Source: Tubulanus polymorphus (Eukaryota > Animalia > Nemertea). Taken from it: a stretch of 64,000 nt of DNA. Shown here one piece after another: positions 13,434 through 25,385 of the stretch (position 1 is its first letter; each line of letters starts with the position of its first letter). The stretch lies in assembly GCF_964204645.1 (NCBI RefSeq), contig NC_134029.1, forward strand, positions 11,310,850-11,374,849, given 5' to 3'. Under the pieces are notes generated by a model that was given only the letters and a program-made list of their open reading frames with translations, did not search any database and had not been told where the DNA came from. The position numbers and the translations under genes are program-made.

Positions 13434-13724
13434 CGAAGTTGTTACCCGTACGTGACTGTACGGTGATATCCACAGGTTAACCGTACGTGAGTTCCCTACA
13501 AACGCCGTAGGCCTACGTGAGTTCCTATAATCTACATAAGCGCATGCGTGAAAGAAGGGTTTGGGTAAGGTGAGGCTATTTGTAAATCAACTTTCATCCA
13601 CCCTGCAGTTACGTTCTGTGGCTCAATGGGTAAATCACTGGACTACCGCTGGAATTCTTTTTTCGTACTCACATACGGCTAACCTGTGGAATTTACCGTA
13701 CAGTCACGTAGGGTAACAACAGCG
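13434..13724. mobile_element. MITE with 9-bp TSD (Mutator-like)
   Basis: TIR GTTGTTACCC(G)TACGTGACTGTACGGT; direct repeat TTTTAAGTA at 13425-13433 and 13725-13733. Confidence 0.75.
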
Positions 13725-14640
13725 TTTTAAGTATTAAGTGAGTACGATAAGCCTACGGGTACGTACTACAAACTCAACTTTTTCCCTCTAGTCGGCCCTA
13801 CACTGATATTAGGCCTACTATAACTGGTACCGTTATCACATGGATAGGATTTGATCAGGACTAGCCCAAAGTCTAATTCAGTCTATGCACTTTTCACTCG
13901 ATATTATTAAAACAATACACTGAAGTATTCACAGGCAGAAGGGCTAATAGATTTGAGCCATGTGATTAAATTTAACCAGGCCTTCTCTGACCTGCTGACA
14001 TTAATAGTCAAACCTAGATCCAAAACGTTCATGTGGTCACGGCTTGTATACCAGAAATCATTGTAGGCCAGTACATTTAGATAGGTTTCGTATACCGATT
14101 TCTCCAATCTTGACTGATAAGTGTACGGTACAGCTGTACGCATTATACAGTTGTACCAATAGGAATAGGGCCTATTGATTGGGCTTATTATTTCCTGCTT
14201 TAAAATACTGAAATAAGCCTAACGTTCATTCAAATATCCAAAAATCTGTGAAAGTTTGATTACTGTATACATGTACTGTAGGTTTTCATGTTGGGTGAAT
14301 ATTGTGCAGTTCACGTGGGTGTGATGCTGATTCCAATGTCAAACGCATGAAGTTAGATGGTCAAGCACAGTCAACACCAAGATATCACTCTTCGACCGAT
14401 GTTGCACCATAGAAGATCTGATTCTTTCAAATCAATCAAAATGATTCAACACGATCGACATAACACTGGAATAGGTTTGCAGTGACTAACAGTTCATTTC
14501 ATTTAGTCCTATGTACTTTTAGCCAATTTGGATTTGATTGTAATTGATACTCTGGAACTGTTAACGAGAGACAAGCAAGACAAGTGGAAAAAACACAAGT
14601 TATTCTTGATTCTCATATTCAAATCGAATCACAATTCAAA

Positions 14641-14713
14641 TTTACTTTATTACATCATATTTACAAAACATATCATAATGATATGCTTTGTAAATATGAT
14701 GTAATAAAATAAA
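14641..14713. repeat. Near-perfect AT-rich palindrome
   Basis: TTTATTACATCATATTTACAAAACATATCAT-A-ATGATATGCTTTGTAAATATGATGTAATAAA. Confidence 0.8.
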
Positions 14714-16050
14714 TGACAAATGACATTGGTTCATGCAGTAATTAAAATTAGGACAGAACAAATATCATAATAGAATTTTCAAAAAGGTAATGAATTTCTA
14801 TAACTAAATGAACAATATTTTTCTAATAAATAAGATCAAGAGTGACTCTCCCGTTTATTAGGAAACACACGTAACTAGTGGAATAGGTTTGATATTAACA
14901 CACATGTTGCAGGTATAAAATGTTTATCATTATAGAATTTGTAAAACATAAAAGCCGAAATCAACATCGGTCGAGACCCAGACCAAATCAATTCATAATT
15001 TATTGATTGGATCTACACTACAATATATGTATTTATTCAAATATTTCAATAAAACGATCAACTTCTTAAATCTATTCCAAATCATAATACGTTCTTATCT
15101 GTAAATTTACCTAATCTATTAACTCAGCAGGTGCTTAAGATGAGTTCTTAATAGTACAGATCCATTTTTAGTGTGGTGATGATACAGGATCATGATGTTT
15201 GAATGCCAAAATAAATGCCTGGTCGAATAAATTCATATTTGTTGATTGTATGTCCGTCCGCGTATGTTCGGTTTCAATGCTGAATCACATTTGACGTTTA
15301 CACAGTTGCATATTAGGTTCGAATCTGTCAATGCATTCTATTCTATGTATCAGTATTTCAATTTACTACAATTTCCATCATCCTAGTGAATGGCTTTGCA
15401 GAAAACCCGTCATCGCTGCTTTGCAGCTATATTTTAAACTTGACATTAAAAAATTAGAAACAATTACACAAAACGTCAAGTACTTACAGCATCTGAGACG
15501 CTTAATTTGAAACGTACACTTGCACACTGTGGTTTAAATATATTCCCACCAGCTGCAAGAATCGGCAAAGGAATTGAAGACCGTAGTGACCAGTTCATCC
15601 CACGATTAATAGCTGGAAAGAAAGTAATCGAAATAAATAGTCGTATACATAAGTGTAAACCAGTCCCTCACTAACTACTAAGGCTTTCCAATTGCTCTAC
15701 TACATTAAGGGCCTAAATCTATTCAAGACGTATCCCCCAAAAAGCTAGGCATTAGGCAAGTAGGTAGCCAACAATGATCATTGCTTTGCCGAGTACTTAT
15801 TTGATATCATATGTACTCATATCATAGCACCACCCAGTGGAAAGGTAACCTGAACTGCAGTTAGACCAAGAAATCATGTCTAACATTCCCTGGTTAGTGG
15901 ATACTCACCTTAAATTGCATAAACTCTGCTGTCGTTGTCATCGATCCGAGTCGTCAAGTGAACGCGAGTAATTGGGAAATGTGGGTTTCATACCAGAGGG
16001 CGAGAGGGCGTCACACCACCAATCACCACAAGTAATTTTTCCCGTAATAA

Positions 16051-16376
16051 ATGGGAGATAGAAAAGCATTCTTAGCAACGATAAATAACAGAATAAAACC
16101 AGCAAAAAACAATTTGAAATAAAAAAGTTAGTTGATGTTACAAAAGAAATTGAACATAAAATATTAAAATTAGAAAAGATAAAAACTAAATATGGAGATA
16201 AAGTATCAGCAAATTTAAGTTACTGTAATTTTAGTACAACGCGAGAATTTAAAGTATTTTTACCTGATAAATGGGTTTCATTGAGTACAGAGGAATTAAA
16301 AGATTTAGAAGGATTTAAAATAATTTACCATGGGAAAAATGAAGACGGGCATCATGATTTAGAAATTGTCGATTAA
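16051..16376 (+). pseudogene. Putative ssDNA-binding protein, frameshifted copy of 21913-22239
   Basis: DNA near-identical to the B gene, one A missing in a run near 16105. Confidence 0.8.
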
Positions 16377-16439
16377 AAAATAAATTGATAATAAAATTAA
16401 TCAAATATTAAGAATCCGAAATGACTTATCTGGACAATT

Positions 16440-16700
16440 TGATTGATCGAGGCGCTGACGAGAACGGTCGATTGCGTTGTGATGTACAGTGAGTGCGCGT
16501 AACAACAGCCGCGCTTGGATAGATCGACGCGGCGAGGCATTGACGAGAACGGTCGATAGTGCGTTGCTATATATAGTAGTACAGTGATTGTGTACCAGCT
16601 GCGCTCGGATAGATCGATGCAGTGAGGCACTAACGAGAACGCTTGATTGCGTGTTTGTTATACACGGGGGGAGGTGACTGCGCTCGGATGGTCCGGGTTC
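16440..16700. repeat. GC-rich degenerate tandem repeat (~85-90 bp, about 3 units)
   Basis: Recurring GAGGC..TGACGAGAACGGTCGAT and GCGCTCGGATAGATCGA. Confidence 0.7.
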
Positions 16701-16796
16701 ATTTAATTGTTTCAAAATAGATATATTGTTTAATGAATTAAAATTTTTTGCTTTTTATAATCACTCATCACTACAAGTAATTATTTTTCCTAATAA

Positions 16797-19718
16797 ATGG
16801 GAGACAGTGAGTACCAAACAGAAAAAATTGATGTTAATGAAAATCAATATTATTGTACATATTGTAAAAAATACATTGATAAATCTCATAAAGCACGACA
16901 CGAAAAAACTGCAAACATATAAAAAATGTTTTTGAAAAAAAGATTTTGAAACTCCAGAAAATTCCAATGAAAGAAAAGAACAATTAGAAAATATGAATGT
17001 GGATGAAATAAAATGTGAAGTTTGTAATGAATTTATAGCAAAAAGGAATTATAAAAGACATCTCGAATCGCAAAAACACAAACAAAATTTAAGTAATAAT
17101 GTTTTAGGAACAGATTATTTTGATGATAAACCTAAACAAGTAAAAAAACCAGTTTCAAAAACTAAATCTATTTCAAATAAACCTTATATGGAAAATGTTA
17201 GAAATTATATCGATTCATTAGAAATAAAAGATACAATTGAAATTTTAGAAACATTACGTAGTAAAATTGGTCCTGCAGCTATTATATTTAGATTTCTTAA
17301 AGGTACAACAATAGAAGATTATAGTAAATTTATTGAAATCATGGAAAAAATAATGTATCTCTGGGAAAGTAAGTTTTGTAAAATCAGAAGAAAAATTGGA
17401 TTATAATATTCAAACACACCATGAAGAAATAATTTCAAAAACACAAATAAAAGAGAAATTAGAAAAAATATTTAATGAATTTAAACGTCATATTGAGGAA
17501 AGATATTTTGAGGGTTCTGGTTTAACATTGAATGAAATTATATTTTTAGATTTGAATATTTATAATACAAAAAGGAATAAAGCATCAAAAAGTAATACAA
17601 TGTTTAAAAATGATTCAAACTTTACAACAGAAAAGGATATTAAAGCATCATCTTATATTAAATTACTATTTACAACAAAAGCAGTAATAAATGTTCAAAA
17701 TGAAGATAATGAATCTTTTCTACGGTCAATTATTAGTTGTTTACACCCAACAGAAGATATTACGCATAGTTTTAGAATAACAGATTACCGGAAATACGAA
17801 ACATTATATAAAATTGATCAATATCCTGTAACTATAAAAATGATACCTAAAATAGAAAAAGTTAATAATTTAAAAATTAATGTTTTCGTATTAATGCAAT
17901 TACCAGATACAAAAGGTGAAAATATTAATATTAAAGGTTATACATTAGAAGCTTTGTATTTAACAGAATATTATGATGATGAAAATGTTATAGATTTGTT
18001 ATATTACAAAAAAGATGAAAATGAACATTATATGTGGTTAAAACAAAATGATTTATTCTTTAGAACAGAAAGTGATCATCATCGTAAAATTTATCTATGT
18101 AGAAAATGTTTATCTAAATTTATGACTGAGAATGCGTTACTAAAACATAAAGAATTATGTGATAATAAAGTTTTTTTGAATTTTAAAATTTTTGAATTAA
18201 TAATGCCACCAAAAAAAGATTGTAAGTTGAAATTTACTAATCATAAATTTAAAAATATTGTTCCATTTGTAATTTATGGGGATTTTGAATCGTTGAATAA
18301 AGAATTAACTGATCAAGATAGAAAAGAAATATATAACAAAAAGAAATTATTAAAATCAATGGACAAAGGAAATGAATTAAATGAAGACATAATTCAAGAC
18401 CTACCAATCATAAATACAATTTAAAAAGTTCTTCAAAGAGCTGCTGCTTATGGAATTTATATAAAATCAAATTATCCTGAATTATATCAAAGTCAATATA
18501 TTTCTTTTAGAGGTGAAGATGTAGTAAATGAATTTCTTTGTAGTTGATTTAGAATATCCTGATAACATAAAGTTTAAAACAAGAAACTTACCATATTGCC
18601 CAGAACATTTAGCCGTAGATGATAGTTATTTAAGTGAATACCAGAAGAAAATAAAACCGAAAGATCATGTTTTTATAGAAAAATTAATACTTACTCAAAA
18701 TAATAAATACAATTATATTGTTCATTATACAATGTTAGAATTTTATCTAAAACAAGGAATGAAAGTACATACATATATTGAATTTAATCAATCGAAGTGG
18801 TTAGAAAAATATATAGATTTTAATACTCAACAGAGAACCATATCAAAAACAGATTTTGAAAAAGATTTCTTCAAATTAATGAATAATAGTTTTTATGGAA
18901 AAACATGTGAAAATATTAGAAATAGAAATGATATTGAATTAGTAAATAATTCTGAACGATTAAGATATTTACAATCAAGTCCTAGACATTTAGGAAATAA
19001 AAGATTTGAAGATTATTCAACCGCGGTAAAATTAAAAAGAACGCCAATGAAATTTAATAAACCTATACTCATTGGTTCAACTGTTTTAGAAATATCAAAA
19101 TTATTAATGTATGATTTTTATTATAATGTTTTACAACGACTTTTTGGGGAAAAACATATTGAAATATTATATTTTGATTCTGTAACAGCTGATACCCCAA
19201 TATTATTAAAATATAATGATAGAATGTTGATAAGAAGAATTTCAGAAATAATACATAAACAAAATGAACTTTATATTTCATATGGTGAAAAAGAATTAAT
19301 ACAAATAAATGGATTAATGGATGTTCGGACAAGAAATGGATGGAAAAAATTAAATAATATTATTAGGCATAAAACGAATAAGAAAATTCATAGAGTTAGA
19401 ACTAAATTAGGGTTTGTAGATGTTACTGAAGATCATAGTTTAGTTAAATAAAATGGTGATGAAATAAAACCAACTGATATAAAAAGTTGAGATGAATTAT
19501 TACATAAAAGATTTTATCCGAGAATGAATCATATGTCATTTGATGAAATAATTTATAATATTTATAATAGAGAACCTGAAACATTAGAAAAAAAAAGAAT
19601 ATTTTATCAAAGGATTTTTTATGGGTGATGGTTCAGCAGGTGTTTATAAATATGTTAATTGTACAAAATATTGTTGGTATTTATGTAATCAAGATTTGAA
19701 ATTATTAGAAAGAATTAC
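16797..19718 (+). pseudogene. polB: Protein-primed PolB with partial degenerate intein (from 19179)
   Basis: Collinear with B pPolB; ~1.1-kb internal deletion at ~18533; YFD-SVTADTP junction; stops inside the intein. Confidence 0.88.
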
Positions 19719-19833
19719 AACAAGAGGCCCATGGGCCTTGAAGCATTGGTAGATTATACTGTGGTATTAAGTGGTTATAATGTTTTACATCTGCCGGCAA
19801 ATCTTCTATGACGATGTTGATTGGGAGGACCAC
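19719..19833 (-). mobile_element. End of a Helentron/HINE-like repeat truncating element E
   Basis: Hairpin AGGCCC-AT-GGGCCT next to terminal CTTGTT on the minus strand; same end architecture as 48863-50041. Confidence 0.4.
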
Positions 19834-21189
19834 AGTAGTATTATTTATGGGATTCCTAAGAAGGGATTCCTGCGTAAAAAAAGCACCCGATTCCTCGGCT
19901 GCTATTTCTGCGAAATACCACCCCAGTAATCGCGCGCTTTTTTCCGCATGAACCCCTTCTTATGAATCCCACATATAATACTACTTTCCGGCGCAGATTT
20001 TTAAAAACGTCGGTTTCCCGCGCGCTATCGCGTATATATACTATTACGTTTTTACGCGCGAACCTATTCGATTGTTCTCCGACTTTCCGGCGCAGATTTT
20101 TAAAAACGTCGGTTTCCCGCGCGCTATCGCGTATATGTTATATTACGTTTTTACGCGCGAACCCATCCGATTGTTCTCCGACTCTTCGGCGCGGATATTC
20201 TGAAAACGTTGTTCGCTCGCTTTTTCCGCGTGATACCCTTATTACGAATTCCGCCTATAATACTACTTTCCGGTGCAGATTTTTGAAAACGTCGGCTTGC
20301 CGCGCGCTTTCTATATGCTATCATCTTTCCAGCGTATTTAATACCTACAATTTCCACATTTTTTTGGTTGGTGGTACTTTGAAATCTTCTTCATATCGAA
20401 ACGAATGCTTACCTTTCCGATAACGAAATCGACGTTTTGAATTAGTCCCAGTTCTAGCATCCGCGATACAAAACGGATCCCAGAACGGATACCAATCTAT
20501 TCAATTACCGTTCGTTCGTCAATCCTTCTCTCCGAAATCGATGTGTTCGTTGATCTTTTCCGACTACAAAATTGATCTTTTAAAATTAGTTTCAGTTGCT
20601 CCAAATCGGTCTATTCACCTGTTCTCCGTAAATCCTTGTCTCGTTTCTTTCCCCGTTATGAAGTCTTACTTTCTTGTGCTCCGACTGTATTTACGCCGCG
20701 TTGATTTATCCAACAACCAATAGCGAAATAAAACCATCCTCGCCGTTTCTTTATCACGCACGCCGGTTGGTTCTATTACGCTTTGGGTGTCTGGTTTTTA
20801 TTTTTTCCATTCTTTTTTTCTTTTTCCTCCTTTTCGATATTATGACATAACACCTATTACAACGAGTACATAACGAGTGATTTTTTTTCCGACAGACATT
20901 TTTTTTTTCAGAGCAGGATAGGATATATAGTTATTATATTCTAACACCGTTAAAACGTACAATATAATCGCATATTTGAAGGATATAATTTTCATTCTGT
21001 GAAATTATAACATTATAACTTATTGATTTTTCAGCTACTATTCCCGCAACGGTTACACATCATTATTCGGCATAACATATATGGCTATTATATTCTAACA
21101 CCGTTAATACTCCGCTAAATAGTTATACATTATTTATGCATGTCGGATAAGATAATATGTTCGAATTCCTTAAAACGTACAATATTAAG
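19834..21189. mobile_element. Probable left end of GC-rich Polinton D
   Basis: Begins AGTAGTATT (Polinton-like terminus); CpG-rich like 59050-64000; lies across the LTR element's TSD from the D genes. Confidence 0.5.
19960..20310. repeat. Subterminal tandem repeats (~100 bp)
   Basis: ACTTTCCGGCGCAGATTTTTAAAAACGTCGG...CGCGCGCT repeated 3-4 times. Confidence 0.8.
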
Positions 21190-21193
21190 ACTT

Positions 21194-21735
21194 TATTGGG
21201 GTGATAAATTAGTAGTTTGCATAGAGGGAGGGAAGCCAGAGTTCAGGGCAGTGGCTGAAGTTAGTAAATAACCTACGTAGATGCTTACGTCGCACATAAG
21301 ACACTGAATAGAAGATAGGTGAAAGTGACGTGAGTATCTGCGTAGGGTTGCTGGTTATAGCGGCAGCCTTGAGCTCTGGTATGGCTAGGAAGTAAACAAG
21401 TAATAAACTCGTGACGTATAACATATGTAGAAGTATACGTCACGAGTAACATGAAATAAGATAAAAAGGGAGGGTCAGCACAGTAAGGGGGAGAGAGATG
21501 CTAGAGTGGCGGAGAAGCCTAAAAATACGAGCTGTAGGAAGGAATAAGAATTGTGCGGGAAAATAAAGAAAGAACGTAGACCCACGAGAAGAGTTGTTAT
21601 TATTCCGGAGTCAGAGGGATTAATCGGAGCCAAGAACGACAACACGAGGGGAGAACGCAACGTGGCCCCCACAACAATTGGTTGAGAAACTCAACCCCAC
21701 AACATTGTTGGAGAACCGAAAGCAACCCCACAACA
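21194..21735 (+). repeat. 5' LTR (542 bp)
   Basis: Direct repeat of 41228-41386 and 58832-59045; ends CCCCACAACA. Confidence 0.88.
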
Positions 21736-21736
21736 T

Positions 21737-21746
21737 TGGTGGAGAA
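21737..21746 (+). promoter_or_regulatory. Primer-binding site, complementary to a tRNA-Ala-like 3' end
   Basis: TGGTGGAGAA one base after the LTR end; tRNA identity from memory of ...UUCUCCACCA ends. Confidence 0.6.
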
Positions 21747-21796
21747 CAGTGGTGTATCCTGCACCTCTCGCTGCCAAGCGATCGTGTATATTTGGT

Positions 21797-21917
21797 AGTA
21801 ATTAGAATATGTGGGTTTCATACCAGAGGACGAGAGGACGAGACACCACTCATCACCACAAGTAATTTTTTTCCTAACACTCATCACCACAAGTAATTTT
21901 TTTTCCTAATAAATGGG
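21797..21917 (+). repeat. Left TIR of B
   Basis: Reverse complement of 38227-38347; internal duplication of CACTCATCACCACAAGTAATTTTTTTCCTAA. Confidence 0.93.
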
Positions 21918-22239
21918 AGATAGAAAAGCATTCTTAGCAACAATAAATAACAGAATAAAACCAGCAAAAAAACAATTTGAAATAAAAAAGTTAGTTGATG
22001 TTACAAAAGAAATTGAACATAAAATATTGAAATTAGAAGAGATAAAAACTAAATATGGAGAGAAAGTATCAGCTAATTTAAGCTACTGTAATGTTAGTAC
22101 ATCACGAGAATTTAAAGTGTTTTTACCCGATAAATGGGTTTCATTGAGTACAGAGGAATTGAAAGATTTAGTAGGATTTAAAATAATATATCATGGAAAA
22201 AATGAAGACGGTCATCATGATTTAGAAATTGTTGATTAA
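21913..22239 (+). CDS. Putative ssDNA-binding protein (OB-fold-like)
   Basis: KKL..KTKYG..FKVFLP..IYHGKNEDGHHDLE pattern shared with 54149-54502; function inferred. Confidence 0.6.
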   Translation: MGDRKAFLATINNRIKPAKKQFEIKKLVDVTKEIEHKILKLEEIKTKYGEKVSANLSYCNVSTSREFKVFLPDKWVSLSTEELKDLVGFKIIYHGKNEDGHHDLEIVD

Positions 22240-22418
22240 ATAAGAAATAAAAATAATGAATATCTAGAATCCGAAATGACTTATCTGGACAATTTAATTG
22301 CTCCGCATAGATGGTGCCATAAACAGCACCCACACAGTGATAGACAAAAGTAGTGAGATATTCAATTAATATTCAATTAATTAAAAAAATTATTTTTTTT
22401 TGCTTTTTTTCTAAAATA

Positions 22419-22787
22419 TTAATCCATTTTTTTTATTATTAATTTTGGAATTTCAGAAGTATTTTCATTTTTGATAGCAGTTGTTTCAGAATTATTAATA
22501 TCATGAATTTTATTTGATTTCTTATACCAATTACACCCAATCAAAATGAATACAATTACAAATCCAACTGTAAAATATAAATATTTATCAAATATTCTAT
22601 TATCAGAAGGAGTAGAAATAACAATATTTTCACCATTTTTATTAACATTTTTATTACTTATTTTTTCTTTTACAGCTTTTTTATATTCTTGTGATTTAAT
22701 TCCTAATTGTCGAGACCATTCAATTTGTTTCTGAGTTCTCGGTTTTTTCTTCACAGTTAATTCCTTCACTTCTTTCACTTCGCTCAT
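22419..22787 (-). CDS. Basic single-TM protein
   Basis: KKPRTQKQIEWSRQLG plus hydrophobic helix; homolog at 45427-45795. Confidence 0.75.
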   Translation of the reverse strand: MSEVKEVKELTVKKKPRTQKQIEWSRQLGIKSQEYKKAVKEKISNKNVNKNGENIVISTPSDNRIFDKYLYFTVGFVIVFILIGCNWYKKSNKIHDINNSETTAIKNENTSEIPKLIIKKMD

Positions 22788-23325
22788 TTATTATAGAAAT
22801 ATTTTTACTTTCAATATTTGAAAATGTTATAACCCCAGTTGATAATAATGTCATAAATCCTCCTAATTGAAATGATAAATATCCAATCCATTTATTTAAT
22901 TCAGTCATAACTAAATAATCATTTTTTAAATCGGAATATAATCTATTTTCATCTTCAATTGGTAGTATATAATTACATAATTTACTATAACCTTTTACTA
23001 CATTTTCTGATATCGCGTCATTAATTTTAGCTGTTCTCGCGGCTTCATAAATCTTAAATAATCTAATAATTTCAACTGATTTCATTGTATCTAATTCATT
23101 ATAAGTTAAATTTTTATCGACAAATTTTTTACATTTTCCAGATGCTATTAATATTTCTAATTGATGTTTACAATAAAGATAATATTCATAATTATTATTT
23201 GTTGTAACATTATTTAAAGCACCATCATCTGGAGTTAATTTTGTTTCTGTTATTCCTAAATCATCTAAAGTTTTTTCAATTGGAACATCACCATTTTTAG
23301 ATTTTATTTTCTTTTCACCTCCCAT
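22720..23325 (-). CDS. Conserved hypothetical protein with hydrophobic C-terminal segment
   Basis: Homolog at 44832-45434. Confidence 0.75.
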   Translation of the reverse strand: MGGEKKIKSKNGDVPIEKTLDDLGITETKLTPDDGALNNVTTNNNYEYYLYCKHQLEILIASGKCKKFVDKNLTYNELDTMKSVEIIRLFKIYEAARTAKINDAISENVVKGYSKLCNYILPIEDENRLYSDLKNDYLVMTELNKWIGYLSFQLGGFMTLLSTGVITFSNIESKNISIINERSERSEGINCEEKTENSETN

Positions 23326-23340
23326 TTATAAAACAAATAA

Positions 23341-23617
23341 ATTAGTTGTGTTGTTGCAACTAGAATTCAACTAGAATGTAATTAGAATTCAACTAGATTA
23401 ACAACCTAGTTGAAATATTGTTGTTTTTGTTTATTTCTTGTTAAATCTAGTTGATTTTTGTTCCAACTACTAACAACTAGAATTCAACTAGAATGTAACT
23501 AGAATTAAACTAGATTAACAAGCTAGTTAAAATATTGTTAAATCTATTTGATTTTTGTTACAACTACTAATAACTAGAATTCAACTAGAATTCAACTAGA
23601 TTAACAAACTAATTGAA
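23341..23617. repeat. AACTAGA-based tandem/inverted repeat array
   Basis: CAACTAGAATT units with opposing CTAGTTG units. Confidence 0.8.
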
Positions 23618-23618
23618 T

Positions 23619-24227
23619 TTAAATAAATTCATATTTAAATGGGTGTTGTAATCTAAATAGTAATTTTGATCTTTTAATATTTTTCAACTTATCCATATAT
23701 TCATTATGTAAATCATGTGGAATAATATCATTTTCCTCAAGTGCATTTTTCATCGATTTTCTATCTTTATTGTAGAATAAAACTAGAAATCTAATGTTTT
23801 CTCTAAAGTCTTTAACAATTGAATTATATTTTTGATTTAAAACCCAAGTTGTTATCCCAAAATGTCTCCCAGAGAAAGCTAAATAGCATAACTCACTTTC
23901 TCTAATTTTTGAATCATGTAAATTTGCACAATCATCTATGATAAATAATGTATTTGATCCTTTATAAATATCAATTGCTATTTTTATACAATTATCTAAA
24001 TTTTCTTTTACTGTTTTAGGATCTAATATAATAAATTTATTATTCCTAGTAATATTTCTATCATAAGTTTGATTAAATTCATATGTTGGACAAAATAATA
24101 CTATATTATCAAAATAGTTTTTGTAAACAGTTTCTAATAAATTTAATATAAAATAAGTTTTTCCACAATTTGTTACACCAGAAATTAACATATTATGAGG
24201 CTCAAATATGAATAATTCCTTATTCAT
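23619..24227 (-). CDS. DNA packaging ATPase (A32/FtsK-HerA type)
   Basis: Walker A GVTNCGKT, Walker B FIIDD, GRH arginine finger, downstream Q motif. Confidence 0.92.
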   Translation of the reverse strand: MNKELFIFEPHNMLISGVTNCGKTYFILNLLETVYKNYFDNIVLFCPTYEFNQTYDRNITRNNKFIILDPKTVKENLDNCIKIAIDIYKGSNTLFIIDDCANLHDSKIRESELCYLAFSGRHFGITTWVLNQKYNSIVKDFRENIRFLVLFYNKDRKSMKNALEENDIIPHDLHNEYMDKLKNIKRSKLLFRLQHPFKYEFI

Positions 24228-25355
24228 TTATATATTTTTAATTTTACTTGATAATATCGATTCATTGAATTTATCTGGCCATCCAACCCATTTTACTAAA
24301 GAATATTTTTTTCTTTTAATAGTTTTTGTTTTTAATACTTTTTCAATTTTATATTCTTGTTCTAGATTTTCAGTAGTTAAACTTAATTCTTCTTCGTAAA
24401 AGTAGCCATCAACTTCTTCACCATCTAAATCTTCTAATTTATAGACATATGGTTTTGTTGTTATTACCTTTTTTATTTTATATATTTCCCTAGTAAAATT
24501 TCGATCGTATCCTTTGTCAAATATCTTTTTATACTTAGAAATTCTAACATTTTGACCAACTTTAAATTTAGGTTCACCAAAATCATCTATAAGAAATGCT
24601 CCATATAAATTATTCCAAACAATTTCAGCATTTTCAGATTTTCTAGCATCAATAGGTTTCATTCCAATAGAAGAATGATAAGAATTATTATATCCTTCTA
24701 TCAATTTTGGTAAAACATCAATCCATTTAAAAGTATTATTTGCTGTAAAATATTTCCACATTCTTGTTCTTAATGTTCTATTAAATCGTTCAACAACTGC
24801 TGCTTTTTTATCCGATTTTGTTTAAAAATATTTAATATTATGATTATCTAAGAGTTCATGAACTAATGAATTATCAAATTCTTTTCCATCATCAAATTGT
24901 ATTTTTTCTGGTTTTAGTTTATCATCCGAAAGAAATTTTCTTAAAACATTTGATGTTTGTACAGCATCTTTTCTATAAAGTGGGAAGCTCCATACATAAC
25001 GACTAAAAATATCAATTATATTCAATAACCACCAATAATCATCATTATCTTTCTTAACATTTTTCATATCAATTAAATCTCCTTGCCACTGTTGATCTAC
25101 ATAACTTACCATAGTTTTACGAGTTTTATATTTTCTAACAATTTTTTTATGTGTTGTATATGTTGGTTGTTCTAACATAAATTCATTTATATCTTTATAT
25201 TTAACTAAATTTTGTGGGATTATCTTATCTAATTTATCTTGTTTTACTTTACGCCATATATTTTTAGTAGAAGAATAAGCAACCGAACTCTCAGGGTTGT
25301 AATATAAATTTCTTAAATATTGTTCTTTAGTATTAGGAGTTTTCTTACCACCCAT
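24228..25355 (-). pseudogene. int: Retroviral-like DDE integrase with C-terminal chromodomain; one in-frame TAA
   Basis: WQGDLIDM, IQFDDGKEF, VERFNRT, LVKWVGWP; reads KYF*TKSDKKAAVVERFN across 24822-24824. Confidence 0.9.
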
Positions 25356-25385
25356 TTATATATCCTTAATTTTAACTTTATATTT

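Larger units (their letters stand above)
15967..19718 (+). mobile_element. Polinton element E (B-type TIR, truncated and decayed)
   Basis: Starts AGTAATTGGGAAATGTGGGTTTCATACCAGAGG like the B TIR; carries SSB-like and pPolB pseudogenes; similarity stops inside the intein. Confidence 0.85.

Noticed and set aside
13615-13660. tRNA gene
   Set aside because: Only an A-box-like 5' half (GTGGCTCAATGGGTAA); no T arm or acceptor stem; at most a SINE fragment
19962-20423. 153-aa ORF
   Set aside because: Translation of a tandem repeat; no protein features
22269-22313. SECIS element (ATGA...AA...GA) explaining stop readthrough
   Set aside because: Quartet geometry does not fit and the stops in question are TAA/TAG, not TGA
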